From NCBI GenBank assembly GCA_031370005.1, contig JANMPT010000097.1, positions 1 through 64,000 on the forward strand: DNA of 64,000 nt, given 5' to 3'. The stretch's first letter is position 1, and each line of letters opens with the position of its first letter. The position numbers and the translations under genes are program-made. Shown piece after piece: positions 57,142 to 64,000 of the stretch. The notes beneath the pieces are model-generated. The model was not told the origin of the DNA. It saw nothing but the letters and a program-made list of their open reading frames with translations, and did no database searches. The DNA comes from Bdellovibrionales bacterium (GTDB lineage: Bacteria; Bdellovibrionota; Bdellovibrionia; Bdellovibrionales; Bdellovibrionaceae).

Positions 57142-58173
57142 ATGTTTGTATTTTTCGGAAAGAAAATTCTTGAAGTGACTCTCACCTTAGTGGGAATCAT
57201 TTTTATGTGCTTTCTACTCATCCGCCTCATCCCCGGCGATCCTGTTTTATTGCTTATTGGAGAGCGCAATATGGATCCCGTAGCCTATGAAAATGCCAAA
57301 CAAAAGTTAGGCCTCGATAAACCCATACCTGTTCAATTTGGAAACTATATCAAACAGGTTCTCAAGGGGGATCTTGGAACCTCTATCACGTCTAAAAGCT
57401 CGGTCTGGGCTGAATTTAAAGAACGCTTTCCGGCAACAGTAGAACTCAGTTTTGTGGCTCTTCTTTTTGCTACAGCTTTTGCAATCCCTTTTGGAATTCT
57501 TGCCGCAGTCAAAAAGAACACCTTCTTTGATTACTTTCTTATGAGCACTTCCCTTACCGGTTATTCAATGCCTATTTTCTGGTGGGGGCTCGTTCTTATT
57601 TTATTTTTCTCTGTGAAACTTGGCTGGACCCCAGTGTCAGGACGTATTGCACTTGAATACGATATTCCGTTAAAAACTGGATTCTACCTTATTGATTCGC
57701 TTCAGGCAGAAGTCCGTGAGGCTGAAGGTTTAAGGCCCTTCTGGAGCGTGCTGAGACACCTTATTCTTCCAGGGATTGTATTAGGAACAATTCCCCTTGC
57801 TATAATGGCACGCATGACTCGTTCAAGTTTTTTGGAGGTCTTAGGCGAAGACTATGTCCGTACGGCAAGAGCAAAAGGACTTTCAGAATATCGTGTCGTT
57901 TTAATTCATGCTTTTAGAAACGCCTTAATTCCCATTGTAACAACTCTAGCCCTTTGTTTCGGCGCGGTTATCACTGGAGCCATTTTAACTGAATCTATTT
58001 TTAGTTGGCCGGGAATTGGCAGATGGATTGTAACAAGCATCACTTCACGGGACTATCCAGCCATTCAGGGCGGAGTTTTAATTATCGCATTTATTATTGT
58101 AATCATGAACACATTAGTGGACCTGATTTATATTTACCTCAACCCACGCATCAAAAGTGCATTATTGAAGTAG
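57142..58173 (+). CDS. dppB: Dipeptide ABC permease
   Basis: IPGDP, GLDKP, FPATVEL, SMPIFWWG, DYVRTARAKG. Confidence 0.93.
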   Translation: MFVFFGKKILEVTLTLVGIIFMCFLLIRLIPGDPVLLLIGERNMDPVAYENAKQKLGLDKPIPVQFGNYIKQVLKGDLGTSITSKSSVWAEFKERFPATVELSFVALLFATAFAIPFGILAAVKKNTFFDYFLMSTSLTGYSMPIFWWGLVLILFFSVKLGWTPVSGRIALEYDIPLKTGFYLIDSLQAEVREAEGLRPFWSVLRHLILPGIVLGTIPLAIMARMTRSSFLEVLGEDYVRTARAKGLSEYRVVLIHAFRNALIPIVTTLALCFGAVITGAILTESIFSWPGIGRWIVTSITSRDYPAIQGGVLIIAFIIVIMNTLVDLIYIYLNPRIKSALLK

Positions 58174-58176
58174 AAT

Positions 58177-59040
58177 ATGAAAGAATTTTTTTATGAGATT
58201 TGGATAGACATAAGAAAAAATAAAGCTGCCTTTGCAGGGCTTATATTGATTTTAATTTTTCTTTTTCTGGCAGTATTTGCGCCACTCTTGTCTCCCTTTT
58301 TCCCGGATCAAGTTATTGATGGAGCGCTCAGACTTCCGCCCAATTCTCATTTCCAAAATTATTATTTTGTTTTTGGTACTGATGATATCGGCCGCGATCT
58401 TTTCACCCGCCTACTTTATGGTTCAAGAGTCTCTCTTCTGGTGGGATTGAGTGTTGTTCTTTTAGCAGCATCCCTTGGCACCTTCTTAGGGTTGGTTTCA
58501 GGTTACTTCAGCGGATGGACTGATCGAATAGTATCTAGGACAATGGATTTTATCATGGCTCTACCGAGCGTCTTATTTGCAATTGTCATCGTTGCAGTTC
58601 TTGGCCCTGGCTTGATAAACGCCATTGTTGCAGTATCAATTGTCGCTCTTCCAAACTTCGTTCGTTTAATTAGAGCACAGGTTCTAGCTGAAAAAAGTAA
58701 GCCCTATGTTCAAGCAGCTCAACTCTACGGAGCAAGCCACTTTCGTATTTTATTTAAAGAAATTCTTCCTAACTGTATGGCTCCACTCATTGTTCAAGGC
58801 AGTCTTGGTTTTAGCGATGGAGTTTTAAACTGTGCCGCACTTGGATTTTTAGGCCTCGGAGCCCAAGCGCCAACTCCTGAATGGGGAACAATGCTTTCTG
58901 ATGCTCGAAGCTTTCTTGAAACCTCACCTTGGATGGTGAATTTACCAGGGCTTTGTATTTTACTTGTTGTCTTATCTTTTAATTTATTAGGTGATGGTCT
59001 AAGAGACGCTCTAGACCCTCGTCTTAAAAACCGAGCCTAA
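58177..59040 (+). CDS. dppC: Dipeptide ABC permease
   Basis: GTDDIGRD, ILPN, LGFLGLG..PTPEWG, GDGLRDALDP. Confidence 0.93.
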   Translation: MKEFFYEIWIDIRKNKAAFAGLILILIFLFLAVFAPLLSPFFPDQVIDGALRLPPNSHFQNYYFVFGTDDIGRDLFTRLLYGSRVSLLVGLSVVLLAASLGTFLGLVSGYFSGWTDRIVSRTMDFIMALPSVLFAIVIVAVLGPGLINAIVAVSIVALPNFVRLIRAQVLAEKSKPYVQAAQLYGASHFRILFKEILPNCMAPLIVQGSLGFSDGVLNCAALGFLGLGAQAPTPEWGTMLSDARSFLETSPWMVNLPGLCILLVVLSFNLLGDGLRDALDPRLKNRA

Positions 59041-60042
59041 GTGAGGCCCTCATTGTCACAAGAGTTACAACTCGAGATTGAAGAACTTTCTGTACAATTT
59101 AAGACGGACTCCGGCGTGCTTGAGGCCCTTCGACCAATTTCATTTTCCCTTGCAGAAGCCGAAATCCTTGGTGTAGTCGGCGAATCCGGTTCAGGGAAAA
59201 GCATTACAAATTTAGCCCTTATGGGCCTGCTTCCTGACAACGCTCTAATTCATGCTAAAAAAGTTAATTTCAATAAAACTTCCCTAAATTTAAATTCACA
59301 AAAAGAGCTCAGAAAAATACGTGGTTCACAAATCTCCATGATCTTCCAAGATCCAATGACAGCACTAAATCCAAGCCTCACTGTGGGGTATCAAATGATT
59401 GAGACCCTCCGTTGTCACTTCGATATTTCAAAGATAGCAGCCGAGCACAGGGCCATCTCTCTTCTTGAAAGAGTTGGCATCTCAAATGCCATGACTCACT
59501 TAAAATCATATTCATTTGAGCTCTCTGGTGGAATGAGTCAGAGGGTCATGATTGCAATGGCGATCAGTTGCCATCCAAAACTTTTGATTGCTGATGAACC
59601 CACAACAGCGTTGGATGTGACCATTCAGAAACAGATTCTTGATCTTCTTTTAGACCTGCAAAAGGAAAATAGAATGTCCATGATTTTCGTTAGTCATGAT
59701 CTTGCATTAGTGAAAAAATACTCTCAAAGAATTCAGGTTATGTATGCAGGTGCAATTGTTGAAAGCGGCAATACTGTGGATGTAATTAAACAGCCTCGCC
59801 ACCCCTATACTTTTGGACTCTTAAAGGCTCGCCCAAGCGCTCACGAAGGACTTGTTAAGGAGCACCTGTATGCCATTCCAGGCGTGGTCCCTTCGCTGAA
59901 AGAGCGACCTACGGGTTGTCAATTTCATCCACGTTGCTTTAGAAGCACTGAACTTTGCAAAAAACAAGATCCGGAACTAAGAGCTAATTTAGAAAATACA
60001 GCACAAAAATTTGCCTGCCATCACCCTTTGGAGATTTCATGA
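59041..60042 (+). CDS. dppD: Dipeptide ABC ATPase
   Basis: GESGSGKS, FQDPM, LSGGMSQR, ADEPT, HPYT, GCQFHPRC. Confidence 0.92.
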   Translation: MRPSLSQELQLEIEELSVQFKTDSGVLEALRPISFSLAEAEILGVVGESGSGKSITNLALMGLLPDNALIHAKKVNFNKTSLNLNSQKELRKIRGSQISMIFQDPMTALNPSLTVGYQMIETLRCHFDISKIAAEHRAISLLERVGISNAMTHLKSYSFELSGGMSQRVMIAMAISCHPKLLIADEPTTALDVTIQKQILDLLLDLQKENRMSMIFVSHDLALVKKYSQRIQVMYAGAIVESGNTVDVIKQPRHPYTFGLLKARPSAHEGLVKEHLYAIPGVVPSLKERPTGCQFHPRCFRSTELCKKQDPELRANLENTAQKFACHHPLEIS

Positions 60043-60800
60043 GTCTTCTTAAGGTTACAAACTTAAAAAAATCTTACATTACAAAGAATCTTTTTGGCCC
60101 GCAACGTGAGCAGAAAATTCTAAAAGGCATTTCTTTTGAACTCTCTGAAAATCAAATTCTCGGGATTGTTGGCGAGTCCGGCTGTGGAAAAAGCACCCTC
60201 GCAAAGGTACTTACTCGTCTTGAACCCTTTAGTGGTGGTGAAATTACATTTACTGGAAAAGATCTCAAATCTTTTTCACCAAAAGAATTTCCATATCAGA
60301 TTCAAATGGTTTTCCAAGACCCTTATCAATCTCTCAACCCTCGAAAAAAGGCTTGGGAGATTATTGCAGATCCTATTCTGGTCACAGAAAATATTTCTCG
60401 ACTTGAAGCCAAGCAAAGAGCCCTTCAGATGATGAAAAAAGTGGGCCTATTGGCTGAAACCTGCGAACGCTATCCTCACCAATTTAGCGGTGGCCAGAGA
60501 CAACGTCTTGGTATTGCACGGGCATTGATGCTAAGACCTAAGCTGCTTATTCTGGATGAACCCGTATCCGCCCTTGATGTTTCTATTCAAGCCCAAGTAC
60601 TTAATCTGCTTTTGGATTTACAAAAAGAGTTTCAACTGAGCATGATTTTTATTTCCCATGATCTTTCAGTGGTCAAACATATCTCGGATCGAACTTTGGT
60701 TCTTTATTTCGGTGAGATAGTAGAGATGGGGCCTAGTCGCGAGATTTTTGAAAGACCTCAGCATAGCTATACACGAAAGCTGCTAGAAAGTGCGCCTTAA
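60039..60800 (+). CDS. dppF: Dipeptide ABC ATPase
   Basis: GESGCGKST, FQDPY.SLNPR, FSGGQRQR, DEPVSALD. Confidence 0.9.
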   Translation: MSLLKVTNLKKSYITKNLFGPQREQKILKGISFELSENQILGIVGESGCGKSTLAKVLTRLEPFSGGEITFTGKDLKSFSPKEFPYQIQMVFQDPYQSLNPRKKAWEIIADPILVTENISRLEAKQRALQMMKKVGLLAETCERYPHQFSGGQRQRLGIARALMLRPKLLILDEPVSALDVSIQAQVLNLLLDLQKEFQLSMIFISHDLSVVKHISDRTLVLYFGEIVEMGPSREIFERPQHSYTRKLLESAP

Positions 60801-60805
60801 GAACT

Positions 60806-61600
60806 CTAACTATGCTTTGCCTGATTTTGTGTAGGCAATATGCTTTTACGATAGACCTCACAGTCATTAATTTCACCTTCAGTAAAACCGGCTTTGAGTC
60901 GAAGGTCCCGATTAATTTTTTCCATCCGCTTAGGTAGTCTCATGCGAAGAGATTCCATGCGCTGAGGAAAGTCTCTTGCTGCATCGATTTCCTGGAATTT
61001 ACAAATCTTTCGATACCACTGGGAGCCAAAATCAACATGTCCAATTTCTTCAAAGTTAATTTGAGCAACAATTTTTCGAGTGTTCTTGCCATCATTTACA
61101 CCGTCAAGTCGCTGAATTAGGTAGCTACCGGCATCCAAGCCGCTGCCTTCAAGGTAACGGTGGACGATCAAAATACGATCTAAAAGAGAGTCTTCGGCGC
61201 TGACGGCATCCCATAGAGCACAGTGAATTGGCCAGTCTCCCCACTTAAACCCAAGATCATGAATTCCCTCTAAGCATAGGCGCAGATGGTTGCCCTCTGA
61301 CAATGTGATTGCCATAAGCTCCTCACGAAACTTCATTGGCGCATTTGGAAACTCAGCCAGTGTGCGAAGACCAAGTTCCATGGCCTGAAGTTCAATACTT
61401 GCTAAATCATGAAGCATTCGAGCTTGTCCCTCGACTTTTGAAAAACCCAATTTAGGAGGGTGGAGTTTGGTGTCTAGGACCTCAATATCCCTTCCTGGAT
61501 ACCTCGGAATGGCAAAAGTGCCCCCTTCTAGCAGGTATTCGCATGATTTTTGAATATTTTTAATCTTTTCCCACACATTCTGGGTCTCTATTGAAAACAT
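60806..61600 (-). CDS. Ferritin-like DUF455 family protein
   Basis: LHDLASIELQA, E..H, R.LEGSGLD, EEIGHV.FG..W, R..AGF; start set at ATG 61600. Confidence 0.85.
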   Translation of the reverse strand: MFSIETQNVWEKIKNIQKSCEYLLEGGTFAIPRYPGRDIEVLDTKLHPPKLGFSKVEGQARMLHDLASIELQAMELGLRTLAEFPNAPMKFREELMAITLSEGNHLRLCLEGIHDLGFKWGDWPIHCALWDAVSAEDSLLDRILIVHRYLEGSGLDAGSYLIQRLDGVNDGKNTRKIVAQINFEEIGHVDFGSQWYRKICKFQEIDAARDFPQRMESLRMRLPKRMEKINRDLRLKAGFTEGEINDCEVYRKSILPTQNQAKHS

Positions 61601-61662
61601 ATAACCTTTTACATCCTGCGGCCTCTCTTGCCAAAGATTTCCGAATTTGATTTTATACTGCA

Positions 61663-62364
61663 ATGGGAAAATCATGGAAAACAGCCGGAAAAGTAGAAAA
61701 GGCCATGCAAAAAGGCCAAATATTCACCAAACTCGCGCGTGAAATTTCTGTCGCGGCAAAAGCTGGTGGACCTGACCCCGCAGCCAATTCACGTCTTCGC
61801 CTCGCCATCGATGATGCAAAAAAAATGTCTTGTCCTAATGACACTATTGAACGCGCAATAAAAAAAGGGGCCGGACTGCTTGACGATGGTAAAATCATCG
61901 AAGAAGTGGTTTACGAAGGCTATGGCCCCCATGGCGTCGGTGTAATCGTTGAGTGCCAGACGGATAATAAAAACCGGACAGCCTCAGAAATCCGTCATGC
62001 CTTTAAATCCCATGACGGAAATATGGGTGAAAGCGGAAGTGTTGCTTGGATGTTTGAGCATGTGGGTTATCTTGTGGCTACAAAATCTGGAAACTTTGAT
62101 CCTGACGAAGAAGCTATTGAAGCCGGCGCTAATGAAGTCTATAAAAACGACGATAAGTCATATGAGTTTTATACAAGCCATGATGATCTCATTAGCGTAA
62201 ACGAATCTCTTACAAAGCGCGGGTGGAAAGTCACAACTTCAGAGCTTTCCTACAAAGCTAAAACGCCGACAGTATTAGATGATGGTCAACAAAAAGAGGT
62301 CGAAACATTTCTAAACTATCTCGACGATCTCGACGATACTCATAAAGTACATGCGACTCTTTAG
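61663..62364 (+). CDS. yebC: YebC/PmpR (TACO1) family protein
   Basis: GGPDP..N.RLR, IERAIKKG, YEGYGP.GV, TDNKNRT, SVAWMF. Confidence 0.93.
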   Translation: MGKSWKTAGKVEKAMQKGQIFTKLAREISVAAKAGGPDPAANSRLRLAIDDAKKMSCPNDTIERAIKKGAGLLDDGKIIEEVVYEGYGPHGVGVIVECQTDNKNRTASEIRHAFKSHDGNMGESGSVAWMFEHVGYLVATKSGNFDPDEEAIEAGANEVYKNDDKSYEFYTSHDDLISVNESLTKRGWKVTTSELSYKAKTPTVLDDGQQKEVETFLNYLDDLDDTHKVHATL

Positions 62365-62383
62365 TCGATAAATTTTAAAAAGA

Positions 62384-63250
62384 TCAGTGCTTCTTGAGTG
62401 CTTCTGAAATATAAGAGATTTGTGTCACGTCTTCACCGCGACAACCATCCTCAGGACAATGGTTACTCATTTGGCAGCCATTAACTGCGTCATAGGCAAA
62501 ATCGTTTTCACCGCGCACCAAGATTCCAACCACTTCTAAAGTATCTTGGTTAAAAACTGCTGATCCAGAGTTTCCGCCATAAGTGTCTAGGTTTGCAGTA
62601 AAGAATTCAGGCTCTACACTACGAACAATCCCCTTATCTGTCACTTTAGTAGGAATTCCCGAGGGATGACCAACAGTGAATAAACCGTCACCAACCTTGA
62701 CTTGAGATTTTGTCAAAGTCAAAACTCGATGTCCGCGTACAGGCCGATCTAATTTTACAAGAGCATAATCCTGGGCTCCAGTTTGTTCTCTTTCTAAAAC
62801 CTGCTTACAGCTATAGACCTCAGAGCTATTTACATCATTTGGCGCTTGATTCTGCTCTGACATTCGATATGAAAATACAAAGCTGCTTCGCGGGCAACCA
62901 GAGTCATCGATACAGTGACCCGCTGTTGCGACCAGGTCGTCACCAACCAAAAATGCAGAACAAAATGCACCAGATGGCTCTAATGCAAAACGCTCAGTAC
63001 TGCATAGACTAGCAGCTTTTTGAAACGTTTCAGCCCTCACAGAAGTAGTTCCATTTGGCTTAGACCTGAGACTTGAATTACTGATCACTGCCGCCGTGCT
63101 ATCAGCAACTTCACGGACATCAGATCTTGTCACCTGGTAAAACTGCATACGATTGTCATCGCCATAAATTACTTTATCTTGGATTTTTGCGACTGCAATT
63201 GGAGAAAGAAAATAACAAATGGCAACAAAGAGAACTGCCTTGATCACCAA
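62384..63250 (-). CDS. Secreted trypsin-like serine protease (S1)
   Basis: Signal peptide, VIYG.D.R, TAGHC, DYAL, GGNSGS. Confidence 0.92.
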   Translation of the reverse strand: MVIKAVLFVAICYFLSPIAVAKIQDKVIYGDDNRMQFYQVTRSDVREVADSTAAVISNSSLRSKPNGTTSVRAETFQKAASLCSTERFALEPSGAFCSAFLVGDDLVATAGHCIDDSGCPRSSFVFSYRMSEQNQAPNDVNSSEVYSCKQVLEREQTGAQDYALVKLDRPVRGHRVLTLTKSQVKVGDGLFTVGHPSGIPTKVTDKGIVRSVEPEFFTANLDTYGGNSGSAVFNQDTLEVVGILVRGENDFAYDAVNGCQMSNHCPEDGCRGEDVTQISYISEALKKH

Positions 63251-63335
63251 AACCCTCCTGGTTTTTTAAAAGGTACTTCATGCACCTCTTTTGATTCTGT
63301 AAATAGAAATGATGAAGGTCAAATATTTATGGCTT

Positions 63336-63770
63336 TTAATGCGAATTCAAGACGTAGGCAAAGGCCGTCGCATAATGACGAATTTGCTTAAGCATCGAGT
63401 GCAGACCACTAGATCTGCTTGGAGATAACTTCCCCTCAAAGCCTAGAGTTTTTAAAAACTCTGGGGGGGTTTGTAAAATTTCGCTTGGACTGGCTCCAGA
63501 GTAAATACGCAAGAGTAAAGCTACAAGCCCCTTAACAATCATCGCGTCACTATCCCCTTGAAGAATCATTTCACCCTGAGGGGTCAGTCGTGCATGCAAC
63601 CAGACTTGTGACTGACAGCCTCTAACTTTGTTTTCCTCAGTTTTAAGATCACTAGGCATATCTGGAAGCTGACGTCCCATTTCAATAATTTTCTTATAGC
63701 GATCTTCCCAGTCCTTCAAACTTTCGAATTCGCTAACGATTTGCTTTTGGCGGTCTGCTATTATGGACAT
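63336..63770 (-). CDS. sufE: Cysteine desulfurase activator SufE
   Basis: WEDRY..II, VRGCQSQVW, DSDAMIVKGL, LSPSR. Confidence 0.93.
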   Translation of the reverse strand: MSIIADRQKQIVSEFESLKDWEDRYKKIIEMGRQLPDMPSDLKTEENKVRGCQSQVWLHARLTPQGEMILQGDSDAMIVKGLVALLLRIYSGASPSEILQTPPEFLKTLGFEGKLSPSRSSGLHSMLKQIRHYATAFAYVLNSH

Positions 63771-64000
63771 ATTTTTTCAAATGCCTTCCGTAAACGATCT
63801 TCTAGTTGCTTACCAGTATACCCAAGTAAATCACGAAAGGACTTTTTATCTAATCCGACAACAATCTCAAAGGATTTTTTAAAAAAGGCCTCCTGATCAT
63901 CGTAGTAACCATTCCAAAGGTCTCGAGCTTTTTTCTCGGGCATTTTTGAACTTTTCATTTCTGTTTTTGTCGCCTCTTGTCGATTGAGATAATTCAATAA
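63761..64000 (-). CDS. 3' end of unidentified CDS (truncated by window end)
   Basis: Frame is open to the window edge and its stop overlaps the sufE start. Confidence 0.55.
   Translation of the reverse strand, partial: LLNYLNRQEATKTEMKSSKMPEKKARDLWNGYYDDQEAFFKKSFEIVVGLDKKSFRDLLGYTGKQLEDRLRKAFEKICP

Noticed and set aside
1..64000. CRISPR array, prophage, tRNA/rRNA genes, known anti-phage defence operons
   Set aside because: No regularly spaced repeats, phage structural or integrase genes, cloverleaf signatures or defence-family motifs were seen. The patatin and trypsin-like genes sit in ordinary contexts with no cyclase or sensor partner.

Overview
An AT-rich (roughly 40% GC, estimated by eye), gene-dense bacterial chromosome segment. 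It is most likely from a predatory Bdellovibrionota, inferred from gene order (M50 protease-trpS-scpA-scpB; rpmF-fabHDG-acpP-fabF-rpiB-glyA) and from many orphan secreted proteins, lipoproteins and PilZ/GYF/cNMP signalling proteins. The window opens with the 3' end of an IS1-like transposase and a structured 130-nt segment. It then carries mostly housekeeping genes: ttcA, MscS, an RlmC/D-type methylase, bamB, leucine dehydrogenase, the fab operon, glyA, kup, class Ia nrdAB, scpAB, trpS, dppABCDF, yebC and sufE. Interspersed are hydrolases (NlpC/P60-like, M23, M28, trypsin-like, patatin). I found no rRNA, tRNA or CRISPR array. The best leads are: (1) a recurring intergenic palindrome GTCTCA-N3-TGAGAC next to sigma54/sigma28 promoters of orphan genes; (2) a TIGR01212 (MnmL/YtqA-type) radical SAM gene head-to-head with a stand-alone MnmC-type methyltransferase; (3) a 2H phosphoesterase with a hidden CTG start and lipoprotein signal; (4) an SdpA/SdpB-like (DUF5819 + HTTM) pair on the scpAB operon; (5) a 480-nt nrdA leader with NrdR boxes and a terminator-like hairpin; (6) an SDR plus eukaryote-type PTPS-II pair. 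All family calls come from motif recognition by eye, not from database searches.
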